Shown piece by piece: positions 1 through 8,397 of a stretch of DNA of 64,000 bases. The stretch is from Planctomycetota bacterium (GTDB lineage: Bacteria; Planctomycetota; B15-G4; JADJEK01). Every line of letters starts with the position of its first letter. The first letter of the stretch is position 1. The position numbers and the translations under genes are program-made. The DNA is taken from NCBI GenBank assembly GCA_044225365.1, contig JBGAIQ010000004.1:64001-128000 (forward strand), written 5' to 3'. Below the pieces are notes generated by a model, which saw nothing but the letters and a program-made list of their open reading frames with translations, was not told the DNA's origin and made no database searches.

Positions 1-1064
1 GTTCGCCGCACGAGAATCGCGTGCCGCGACGCTTCGTCCGTGCGGTCCGGCAATCCGAGTGCGCGACCGACATCGTGTTCGACGATCGCGCGATAGCGTC
101 TCAGCATCGCATGCGGCATCGCGAGATCGTTCTGGAGCTCGGCAGTGCTGTCGATCAAGGCCCGCTTGCCGAACCCGATCGCCGGCTTGCTCTTCGCCGG
201 TCGCCCAAACCGGCGAGAGCCGAGCCAGACGACGACGACCGAGAGCAGCACGCCGAGCGTGATGGGAAGCAGCGGCATCTTGATCATCTCGCGCCAGAAC
301 CCTCGCTCCACGCCCGATCCATGGATCGTCTCGTCGATCACGATCGGTTCGCCTGGAATCGCGAGCTCCAGGATCAGCGATCGCAGGAAATCGGTGCGAC
401 GGAGCCCACCAATGCCGTGGTTCTCGATCAGGTCAGGTTCGGTGAGGACGTAGATCGGACGATTGTCGTTGGTGCGACCGAGCAAGACGCCGTTCTTCGT
501 TTCGATCAAGGGCTCGAGCGAGCTCTCGGCGAGAACCTGCACTCCCTTGATGTCGAGCGACACGTCGCCGTACACACCGGTTTCGACGGTTTCGACCGGA
601 TCCGTCTCCTTCGACCGTACGATCGTGCCGTGGATCCCGCACGCCTCGAGCAACTTCGAGATCTGCGTGGGCGAGACGTCGGATACGGCGCCCACCCACC
701 GATCATCCACCTCGTCAGGACGCCCCTCGCGCTTGGGAAGGACGAGCAAGGTCGGCGCCGTGCGATTCCTGATCTCGGTCGCGTGCAGGACGTACTGCCA
801 ATCGGCTCGCGGCTCGAGCATCAGCAATGGCTGCTCCGCGGCAGCCCGGCGAGTCGACAGGGCCCGTGCGACGATCGTGGGATGACCGAGCGCGCGGATC
901 CAGTCGATGAACACATGGTGACCCAATGCGGAAACGGAGGCTGCGTCGGGCTGGACCGAGCGCTCGGCGTCGAGGAAGTCGGAGGTCAGGCCGGCGACGA
1001 TGGCCACGCCGAACGCCACGGCCGCGACCGCGAGGAAGAGGATGAGTCGGACCTTCGCGTTCAC
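1..1064 (-). CDS. DUF4350-like membrane protein (3' end runs off the window)
   Basis: Not in the ORF track; translated by hand. GTG at 1064 overlaps the upstream stop (GTGA). Reads MNAKVRLILFLAVAAVAFG...SALGHHVFIDWIRALG...IYVLTEPDLIENHGI...IVIDETIHG...LLSVVVVVWLGSRRFGRP. N-terminal TM, IDExxHG and TM-RRFG pattern, and position after a DUF4129 gene fit DUF4350. Confidence 0.7.
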   Translation of the reverse strand, partial: MNAKVRLILFLAVAAVAFGVAIVAGLTSDFLDAERSVQPDAASVSALGHHVFIDWIRALGHPTIVARALSTRRAAAEQPLLMLEPRADWQYVLHATEIRNRTAPTLLVLPKREGRPDEVDDRWVGAVSDVSPTQISKLLEACGIHGTIVRSKETDPVETVETGVYGDVSLDIKGVQVLAESSLEPLIETKNGVLLGRTNDNRPIYVLTEPDLIENHGIGGLRRTDFLRSLILELAIPGEPIVIDETIHGSGVERGFWREMIKMPLLPITLGVLLSVVVVWLGSRRFGRPAKSKPAIGFGKRALIDSTAELQNDLAMPHAMLRRYRAIVEHDVGRALGLPDRTDEASRHAILVRR

Positions 1065-1894
1065 TCCGCTCGCCCCTTCATGGCCAGCGCATCGAAGATC
1101 TCGCGGCACGTCTCGTACTCCACGCGATCGATCTCGAGTTCTCCGAAGACGCCGCGCTCGACCGCCGACACCAATCGCTCGAATCCAGAGCGAACGGTGG
1201 GATCGAAGCCAAGTCGCGTGACGAGTTCGCGGCTCGTCCACGATGCCGGAATCACGATCGACCGCTCGCTCGACAAGTTGGCGAGCAGCGCGAGAAGGAG
1301 AGCGTGGATCGCCTCGGCGTAACGACCCTCCCTCGCGAGCTCCGCGGCGTCGCCCGGGGCTTCGAGCGCGACGGATTCCACGGTCCTTCTTGGTTCGCGT
1401 CGAGTCGCTCGTGGAATACGAGCGGCAGCTTGCGAACCACGGCCCATGCGAAGTCGTTCGACGACGAAGTATACGACCGCCAATGCGCAGACCCCGATCA
1501 GGATCTTCACGACGACCGCGGCGAATCCACCGAGCGAAGAAAGCCACGAGAACCACTGCGAGTCGCCGTGCGTTTCCGGTTCGTCCGTCGAGTCGACCCG
1601 TCGCGATCCGAATCGCGGCGGTGACGACTCTCCCTTTCCGCTCTCGCGCTCGTTGGACGCGCTTGCAGCGCCGGCGGATCGATCGTTCGCGAGTTTCTCG
1701 TCGGGGAGCTGGGTCTGGATCCGTCGATCGCGAAGCAACTCATCGAGGATCGGATCACCGCCGAATGCGCGTGGCGAGAACGAGAAGAGCCCCGTGAGAA
1801 CGACAGCGGCCATCGCCGGGAGGATCGCTCCTCCCGCGAATTTCGCGTCTGCACTCTCTTCCGCCGGCTCGATCTGTCGCCGCATCCTGCTCAC
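1061..1894 (-). CDS. DUF4129 domain membrane protein
   Basis: TM segment followed by AAELAREGRYAEAIHALLLALL...SWTSREL...FERLVSAVERGVFG, the typical DUF4129 pattern. Confidence 0.75.
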   Translation of the reverse strand: MSRMRRQIEPAEESADAKFAGGAILPAMAAVVLTGLFSFSPRAFGGDPILDELLRDRRIQTQLPDEKLANDRSAGAASASNERESGKGESSPPRFGSRRVDSTDEPETHGDSQWFSWLSSLGGFAAVVVKILIGVCALAVVYFVVERLRMGRGSQAAARIPRATRREPRRTVESVALEAPGDAAELAREGRYAEAIHALLLALLANLSSERSIVIPASWTSRELVTRLGFDPTVRSGFERLVSAVERGVFGELEIDRVEYETCREIFDALAMKGRAE

Positions 1895-1944
1895 GCACTC
1901 TCCGATCGGGAGGAGAGTATCGCATCGAGCGACTCATGTCACAA

Positions 1945-3339
1945 TCACGGCTCGTATTCGTTGAGGCCGCCGTCGCCGTCCTCGTTGTCGTCGAACCAGC
2001 GATCGAGGAGTTCGAACCAGGTGTCGATCTTGCCGTCCTTGGGGGTGAGACCGTCCTTCAGGAACGCGAAGCGGCCGAACGCGCCGCCCTTGCCCTCGAA
2101 CGGTGTGTACCACGGGAAGAGTCGCCACCGGCCGGGCGCCGGGAACACGACGAACACTCCGTTCTTCCCCTCCTCGAATCCGGGATACCCGTCCATTCCG
2201 AACGACGAGACGACGAAACGGTCGACGGCGACGGTCACCGCAGCGGCCGCCTCGCGCGCGATTGCGGCGAGCGCTTCGCTCTTGCTCGCGCGCGAGCACA
2301 GATCGAAGAGATCGACGTAGGGCCCGGTGTCCGAGTAGTTCATCGCTGCACCGGTTCCCGGCCCGCGCATCGCGAAGAACGCGTCCTTCGCGCGATCGGA
2401 GTCGACGGCGAGGGCGCGGGCGAACGTATCGAACGCGAGTTTGACGTCGACGGCCGCGATCATGTCGTAGCAGGCCGCAGTCTCGTGCGCGACGTCGCGA
2501 CCGCGCGCCTTGGTCGCCTCTCGTCCCTTCTTGCCCTCCGACACGACGAGTTTCCCGAAGTCCACGGGCGTGAGTTTCGAGAGATCGACGATGCCATCGT
2601 CGACCGTGCTCGCATGACCCGAAGAACGCATGCGCACGAACGCTCGATCCCAGTCGAGCGGCGGTCCGACGTTCGGGATCGCCACCATCGTGTCTGCCAT
2701 GAATCCCTTCGCGCCGGGTCGCTTCGGGCTCCATTGGTAGGCCGCCTCGATCTCCCCCATGTTGCACAATTCGAGCGCGAGCAGATCGACGTGGGCTTCC
2801 GGCCCCTCGCCCTCGCTGAGGGCAGGGAAATACATGTCGTGGCCACTCTTCTCGTCCGGGCACATGCTCTCGCCGCTCGCGTGGCTGTAGATCATGAGGC
2901 CCGTGTAGCGCGCGGGGGAGGTCGCCTTGCCGAACGCGACGAAGCGCCGGAGCAACGCGGGATCCGCGGAGTCGACCTCCGTATCGGAGTCGAGCTTCAG
3001 TTCCGGGAGGAACTCGCCGCCCCCGAGTCGCTCGACGGAGTCCTTCTTCAAGCGGTAGAGCCTGCAGCCCGTGAAGTCCTCGCCGAACAGGTCCTTCTCG
3101 CTCGAGTACGCCTCGCTGCGATCGATCAGCACGAGCACGTCGATCGCGGGGTCGTCGTCGATCGCCTTGCGCACGGAGTCGAGGAAACCCTGGAGCGGAC
3201 CATCGCAACTGTTGTCGGCCGCACCGTAGACGAGGATCGTCCACGGCCGCTCGGCGCGCACCTCGGCGCCGGTAGCGCGGCTCGAAGCGAAACTGAATCC
3301 GACGAACATGGAAAGGACGACGAAACGGAAGAAGCGCAT
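1945..3339 (-). CDS. Secreted clostripain-family (C11) cysteine peptidase
   Basis: Signal peptide MRFFRFVVLSMFVGFSFA; WTILVYGAADN; His motif IYSHASG; Cys motif DLLALELCNM. Start moved to ATG 3339. Confidence 0.8.
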   Translation of the reverse strand: MRFFRFVVLSMFVGFSFASSRATGAEVRAERPWTILVYGAADNSCDGPLQGFLDSVRKAIDDDPAIDVLVLIDRSEAYSSEKDLFGEDFTGCRLYRLKKDSVERLGGGEFLPELKLDSDTEVDSADPALLRRFVAFGKATSPARYTGLMIYSHASGESMCPDEKSGHDMYFPALSEGEGPEAHVDLLALELCNMGEIEAAYQWSPKRPGAKGFMADTMVAIPNVGPPLDWDRAFVRMRSSGHASTVDDGIVDLSKLTPVDFGKLVVSEGKKGREATKARGRDVAHETAACYDMIAAVDVKLAFDTFARALAVDSDRAKDAFFAMRGPGTGAAMNYSDTGPYVDLFDLCSRASKSEALAAIAREAAAAVTVAVDRFVVSSFGMDGYPGFEEGKNGVFVVFPAPGRWRLFPWYTPFEGKGGAFGRFAFLKDGLTPKDGKIDTWFELLDRWFDDNEDGDGGLNEYEP

Positions 3340-3444
3340 CGCGGTCTCCGATTCCCGAAGTGAAGGCACCACGAACGAAGAACGTAACAAAGTCGATCGC
3401 GTTGGAAGATTGACCGCGAGCCCTTTGCGTCATACCATCCTGGG

Positions 3445-3675
3445 GCTCGAGGTCTCGTCCGCTCGTTGCGGTCGAGCCATGAGGGAAGCGGGTGAGAATC
3501 CCGCGCGGTCGCGCCACTGTGAGCGGCGAGTCGCATCCTCCTCGTAAACGCCACTGGGTTCGCGCTTGCCTTTGCGAGCGCAAGACCTGGGAAGGCCGAG
3601 GATCGACGTCAGAAGCCGTCAGCCAGGAGACCTGCCTCGAGCATCGTGGTGAGCACGCTCCGCGAAGAGCGTGAC
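3445..3675 (+). promoter_or_regulatory. Cobalamin (AdoCbl, class I) riboswitch
   Basis: P1 GCTCGAGG (3445-3452) pairs with CCTCGAGC (3635-3642). Conserved blocks in order: AGGGAA, GGTGAGAATCC, GCCACTGTGA, GCCACTGG...GGGAAGGC, B12 box AGCCAGGAGACCTGCC. The downstream hairpin CACGCTC-CGCGAA-GAGCGTG has a loop complementary to TCGCG of L5 (kissing loop). Confidence 0.93.
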
Positions 3676-3815
3676 GACTTCGAACGTCGCCATCCCTTCG
3701 CGAAATCGTGATTCAGCACGAAATGGACGTCGCTCGCGGAGCTGCGCCGTCCACTCGACCGCTCCAACTCGATCGCGAGTTCGAGCGAGTCGGTTCGCTC
3801 CAGATAGGGATTCTC

Positions 3816-5132
3816 ATGTCTGCTTCTCGATTCTCCTGTATCGCGGCTCTCGCCGCGGTCGTCGCCCCCGCGTTCGCCGCGGGCGCCGTGTCCGTTTCGC
3901 CCGGCTTCCAATCGAGTCTCTCCACGCCCGCTCCCGGGTTCTTCATCTCGGGAATGGACTTCCTGCCGAATGGCAATCTCGCGGTCTTCGACGGCAACTC
4001 GATCGTCGAGGTGGATCGCGCGAGCGGCGCGGTCCTCGCGACTCTCTATACGCCGCCCGGATTCGTCTTCGGGAGTTTCGTCCAAACCGCTCCGAACGGT
4101 CAGTTCCTGTTGTTCGGGAACAGCACGAACGATCAGATCGTGAAGATCCCGCTCGACGGAGGGCCGCCGAGCCCGATCACGACGCTTCACTACAATTTCG
4201 ACCTGGTGTTCGAGAGCGATGATAGTGCGCTGGTCTCCGCCGCGACGATTCCGGGCCATAACGAGATCGTTCGCGTCGATCTGAATTCGGGCGCCACCGA
4301 CGTGATCGCCGACTTTCTCGGGGCGTCCGGGCCGCTCGCCCTCGATCGCTTCGGCAATCTCTACTATTGCGAGGCCGCCAACACGTTTCCGCCGCCGCCG
4401 GGCGGACAGGACGTCCTGCGCTTCGACGCCGCGGTGGTCGCCACGGCCGCGGGCCCGGGCGTCCTGACGGTGAATGACGCGACGATCGTCGTCTCCGGAC
4501 TCACCACGGGAACGGACATGATCATCGACGAAGAGGGCGATCTGGTGATCGCCGTCGATGGCAACGAAGCGAGCCACGACATGACCGTCCGTGAATACAC
4601 GACGGGCGGCACGCTGAAGAGCACGTTGGCCGAGAGCAACGCGTTCGAGTACATCGGGCCCATCGCGTTCCGCGGCAACGGAACGACGAAGCCTTCGGCG
4701 TTCGGCGCTTTCCAGCCCGAGAATGGCGGCTCGCTCGCGCTGATCTCGACCGACTTCTTCAACTTCACCGATCTGCAGATCTTCACACCGAAGCGCGCCA
4801 CGCTCGAGACGAATCCGCCGTCCCCGATCCCGCTCGGGAACTTCACGTTCGAACTCGACGACGGGCCGCCCTCGGGCGTCGCGCTCCTCTTCCTGGCGAC
4901 TTCGAATCTCGCCACCGAGATCCCGGTGTTCTCGGGCGGCGTGCCCTTCTTGTTCGGCATCGATCCGTCGACGATCGTCCTCTCCGTCGCGATCCCCCTC
5001 GACGCGCAGGGCGAACTCTCGATCCCGACGACGAACCACGGTACATCGGGCACGGTGCACGTGCAGGCCGCGCTGCTGACCTCGGGCGGCGGCGTCGGCA
5101 CCACGACGCCCCTCGCGCTCACTTTGCAGTAA
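3816..5132 (+). CDS. Secreted beta-rich (propeller-like) protein with C-terminal beta domain, downstream of the B12 riboswitch
   Basis: ATG 3816 after AGGGA; signal peptide MSASRFSCIAALAAVVAPAFA; repeated blade-like segments (GMDFLPNGNLAV, GPLALDRFGNLYY, DMIIDEEGDLVI). Confidence 0.75.
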   Translation: MSASRFSCIAALAAVVAPAFAAGAVSVSPGFQSSLSTPAPGFFISGMDFLPNGNLAVFDGNSIVEVDRASGAVLATLYTPPGFVFGSFVQTAPNGQFLLFGNSTNDQIVKIPLDGGPPSPITTLHYNFDLVFESDDSALVSAATIPGHNEIVRVDLNSGATDVIADFLGASGPLALDRFGNLYYCEAANTFPPPPGGQDVLRFDAAVVATAAGPGVLTVNDATIVVSGLTTGTDMIIDEEGDLVIAVDGNEASHDMTVREYTTGGTLKSTLAESNAFEYIGPIAFRGNGTTKPSAFGAFQPENGGSLALISTDFFNFTDLQIFTPKRATLETNPPSPIPLGNFTFELDDGPPSGVALLFLATSNLATEIPVFSGGVPFLFGIDPSTIVLSVAIPLDAQGELSIPTTNHGTSGTVHVQAALLTSGGGVGTTTPLALTLQ

Positions 5133-5152
5133 CGACGCGCCAGACGCTGACG

Positions 5153-5178
5153 GCGGGGCGGACGGCTGTCCGCCCCGC
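5153..5178 (+). terminator. GC-rich stem-loop (possible terminator or mRNA-stabilising hairpin)
   Basis: Perfect 11-bp stem GCGGGGCGGAC/GTCCGCCCCGC with a 4-nt loop, 20 nt after the stop; no clear U-tract. Confidence 0.45.
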
Positions 5179-5193
5179 GTGGGATTCATTACG

Positions 5194-6108
5194 ATGCGGT
5201 CGCGCTTCCAAGAGGTGCGCGCCATGAGGCAAGCCACTCCCGATCGCCGCTTGCGCGGTTGGCCGCTCTCCGCGGTCGCCGTCACCGGTGTCGGGAGCTT
5301 GCCCTTCTCGAGCCTGCGCGTCGCCCGCGCCTTCGTCCGCAGGCACTGCGCCGAAGTCCCCTTCCTGCCCGAGATTTCGCGCAGAGGGCAAAGCGGGATG
5401 GTCGACGAGGTCGGGGTGCGACCTCGACCGGCCACTCGCCCCGCGGGGTCGTCCCGCCTGCTCAAGGCGCAGCTCTGCGGACCGCTCACCCTCGCCTCCG
5501 TGACGGCGTCGCGACGCGACTTCGGTCCGCCGTCGCCGGACGACGTGATCGCCGCATTCGCGCGAGTCGAGGCCGCGGCGCGAGCGCGGATCGGGGCGCT
5601 GCGTCGGGAGGGCTTGCCCATCCTGTTCGTCCTCGACGAGCCGGTTCTCTCGTCGATCGACGCAGAATCGCGTCGTCGCTGGTTCCCGCACCTGCGGCGG
5701 TTGATTCGCAAACTGCGCAGCGCATCTCGCGTCTTCGTCGGACTTCATTGCTGCGGCGCCATCGACTCGATCGATCTCGACGCGATCGATCCGGACGCCT
5801 TCTCGTTCGACGCGACGGGCGACCGCCTGAAAAGCGTCCTCGCGTCTAGCTCGGTGGGACGCTGGCGCGGACGAGGGCGCGTGCTCCTGCTCGGGATCGC
5901 CCCGACGAAACCGTCGCGCTCGCGACGTCTCCCGTCTCCGCGATCGACCGCCCGAACATTGCGCCGAGCGATCGGCGCATTCGACGGGCCGCCCGTCCTG
6001 CTCACGGGAAGCTGTGGATTCCTGCGGTCGAGTCCGAGTTGGACCGCGCGAGCGCATCGCTGGCTCACGAACGTCGCCGACGAATGGTCGGCGGAGGATG
6101 GCGCATGA
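5194..6108 (+). CDS. Cobalamin-independent methionine synthase-like protein (core Zn domain only)
   Basis: Motifs TGVGSLP, PFLPE, KAQLCGPLTL, VLDEP, GLHCCG (His-x-Cys), SFD, LTGSCG (third Zn ligand). Start uncertain (5179, 5194 or 5224). Confidence 0.7.
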   Translation: MRSRFQEVRAMRQATPDRRLRGWPLSAVAVTGVGSLPFSSLRVARAFVRRHCAEVPFLPEISRRGQSGMVDEVGVRPRPATRPAGSSRLLKAQLCGPLTLASVTASRRDFGPPSPDDVIAAFARVEAAARARIGALRREGLPILFVLDEPVLSSIDAESRRRWFPHLRRLIRKLRSASRVFVGLHCCGAIDSIDLDAIDPDAFSFDATGDRLKSVLASSSVGRWRGRGRVLLLGIAPTKPSRSRRLPSPRSTARTLRRAIGAFDGPPVLLTGSCGFLRSSPSWTARAHRWLTNVADEWSAEDGA

Positions 6109-6515
6109 TCGAGAACTGCTCTCACCTCACAATGACCTCGAAGGACGTCCCGCGCATGTTGCGATTCCTCGAGTTGGCCTTCGGAGTGGCGCCGAAGTAC
6201 GCGAACGCTGAGTTCGGCGAGGTCGTGTTGAAGAGCGGCTTTCGGATCGCCGTCTTCGCAGTGCTCGGCAAGACCGCGCTCTACTTCAACGCGGATGGCG
6301 AGCGCGGAACGCTCGCGATCGGCGTCACGGTGCAGGACGTCGACGCGGCCTACGCTCGCATCGCCCCATTGCTCGGCGACTTCGCGTCCCGCGTGAGCGG
6401 GCCGCCGAAGGAACATCCGTGGGGCGAGAAGAGCTTCCTGCTGATCGATCCCGACGGCAACCGCTGGGAGATCACGCAGTCGCCCTCGAAGAACGGGATG
6501 CTCGTCGACCGCTGA
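6105..6515 (+). CDS. VOC/glyoxalase-family protein
   Basis: ATGA overlap with the upstream stop; IGVTVQDVDAAY...PPKEHPWGEKSFLLIDPDGNRWEI. Confidence 0.85.
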   Translation: MIENCSHLTMTSKDVPRMLRFLELAFGVAPKYANAEFGEVVLKSGFRIAVFAVLGKTALYFNADGERGTLAIGVTVQDVDAAYARIAPLLGDFASRVSGPPKEHPWGEKSFLLIDPDGNRWEITQSPSKNGMLVDR

Positions 6516-6642
6516 TCCAATCCCTCGAATCTCGGCGACGCGATCTCCCGCGCGACGTACTCGGCGATCGAAAATCGAATCCGGATCGACGGGGTCGACC
6601 CGGTATGCTTCCGACTTCGTCGCTACCCGTTGGGATGGATCC

Positions 6643-8397
6643 ATGCGAAGCCCTCAAACGTTCTGGTTCGCCGGCGCGCTCGTCGCGACGGTCGCGTGCG
6701 CCGCACGCGGTGTCGAATCGGAAGAAGCCACCGACCCGGCCGCCGCCCAGAAGATCTTCGATTCGCTCGAGAAGGAGCTCCACCGCTCGTTCGCGGCGCT
6801 CGAGCATCGCGAAGCGGATCCGCTCTACTTCCTCGCCTATCGCGCGGTCGACACCCGTTCGCACGCGATCACGGCCTCGATGGGCGCGCTCGTCTCCAGC
6901 GAGCCGGAGAAGTCGCGCTCGCTCGACGTCGAAGCGCGCGTAGGTACGCCCAAGCTCGACTCCACGCATCAGATCCGCGGCGCATTCGAATTCGGCGCCG
7001 AGCCGGCTTCGGGCAGTCTGCCGGTCGAGACCGACGAAGACGCGATCCGCGCCGTCGCCTGGCGTGCCACGGACCGCGCCTACAAGGACGCGCAGGAGCG
7101 CCTCCTCAAGGTCAAGACGAACGAGTCGGTGAAGGTCGAGGCCGAGGATCTCTCGGACGACTTCTCCGTCGTGCCCGCGTCGCAATACAGCGAGCCGGTC
7201 GTCGCCCTGAAGTTCGACGTGAAGGCGTGGGAGGACGAGCTGCGCCGGCTCTCGGCTCCGTTCGCGAAGAATCCGCACATCCTCGACAGCAACCTCAGCC
7301 TGCAGGCGGATGCCGAGAACCGCTTCTACGTGAACAACGAAGGCACCAAGCTGCAGTTCGGCCGTACGGCGTTCCGCGTCATCATCCAGGCCTCGATGAA
7401 GGCCGACGACGGAATGGACCTGTCGCTGTTCGACAGTTTCGAAGCGCCCGACGCCGAACACCTGCCCGACGAGAAGACGATCGCGGCCTCGGTGACGCAG
7501 ATGATCGAGCGACTCGACCAGATGCGCGCGGCGCCCATCGTGGAACCGTGGGCCGGCCCGGCCATCATCATGAATCGCGCGTGCGGCGTCTTCTTCCACG
7601 AGATCTTCGGCCACCGCATCGAAGGTCATCGCCAGAAGGACGTCGAGGAAGGGCAGACGTTCACGAAGAAGGTGAACACCTCGATCATGCCCGACTTCCT
7701 CTCGGTCTACGACGACCCGACCCGCGACAAGTTCGGCGAGACGTTCCTCAACGGACGTTTCCAGTACGACGACGAGGGCGTGCCGGCGCAAAAGGTGTCG
7801 CTCGTCGAGAAGGGCGTGCTGAAGAGCTTCCTGATGAGTCGCTCGCCGATCGCGAACTTCCCCTCGAGCAATGGTCACGGACGCTGCAGCGCGGGTTATC
7901 CCGTCGTCTCGCGTCAGGGCAACCTGATCGTCGAGGCCTCGCAGCGCGTGCCGTTCAGCAAGCTGCGCGAACTCCTGATCGAGGAGATCAAGAAGCAGGG
8001 CAAGCCCTACGGGTACATCTTCCACGACATCTCCGGCGGCTTCACGACGACCCAGCGGTCGGGTCCGCAGGCGTTCAAGGTGATTCCGCTCTTCGTCATG
8101 CGCGTCTATCCCGATGGACGCCCCGACGAGGTGGTGCGCGGTGTCGACCTCGTCGGCACGCCCCTCGCCTCGATCAGCAAGATCGTCGCGGCGAGCGATG
8201 ACGATGCGGTGTTCAACGGCGTGTGCGGCGCGGAGTCGGGATGGGTCCCGGTCTCCGCCGTGGCGCCCTCGGTGCTGGTCACCGAGATGGAGATCGAGAA
8301 GAAGCAGAAGAGCCAGGAGCGTCCGCCGCTCCTGCCGAATCCACGCTACGACGACGCTGCCAAGACTGCGGCCGGCGCGACGGGAGGTCTCAAATGA
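6643..8397 (+). CDS. tldD: TldD-family metalloprotease with predicted signal peptide
   Basis: FFHEIFGHRIEG (HExxxH), SVYDDPT, YDDEGVP, SNGHGR, RQGNL, NGVCGAESGWVPVS; hydrophobic N-terminus. Confidence 0.85.
   Translation: MRSPQTFWFAGALVATVACAARGVESEEATDPAAAQKIFDSLEKELHRSFAALEHREADPLYFLAYRAVDTRSHAITASMGALVSSEPEKSRSLDVEARVGTPKLDSTHQIRGAFEFGAEPASGSLPVETDEDAIRAVAWRATDRAYKDAQERLLKVKTNESVKVEAEDLSDDFSVVPASQYSEPVVALKFDVKAWEDELRRLSAPFAKNPHILDSNLSLQADAENRFYVNNEGTKLQFGRTAFRVIIQASMKADDGMDLSLFDSFEAPDAEHLPDEKTIAASVTQMIERLDQMRAAPIVEPWAGPAIIMNRACGVFFHEIFGHRIEGHRQKDVEEGQTFTKKVNTSIMPDFLSVYDDPTRDKFGETFLNGRFQYDDEGVPAQKVSLVEKGVLKSFLMSRSPIANFPSSNGHGRCSAGYPVVSRQGNLIVEASQRVPFSKLRELLIEEIKKQGKPYGYIFHDISGGFTTTQRSGPQAFKVIPLFVMRVYPDGRPDEVVRGVDLVGTPLASISKIVAASDDDAVFNGVCGAESGWVPVSAVAPSVLVTEMEIEKKQKSQERPPLLPNPRYDDAAKTAAGATGGLK

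Noticed and set aside
6105-6515. Methylmalonyl-CoA epimerase call for the VOC gene near the B12 riboswitch
   Set aside because: The sequence matches generic PWG...DPDGN glyoxalase/bleomycin-resistance proteins, not the epimerase pattern.
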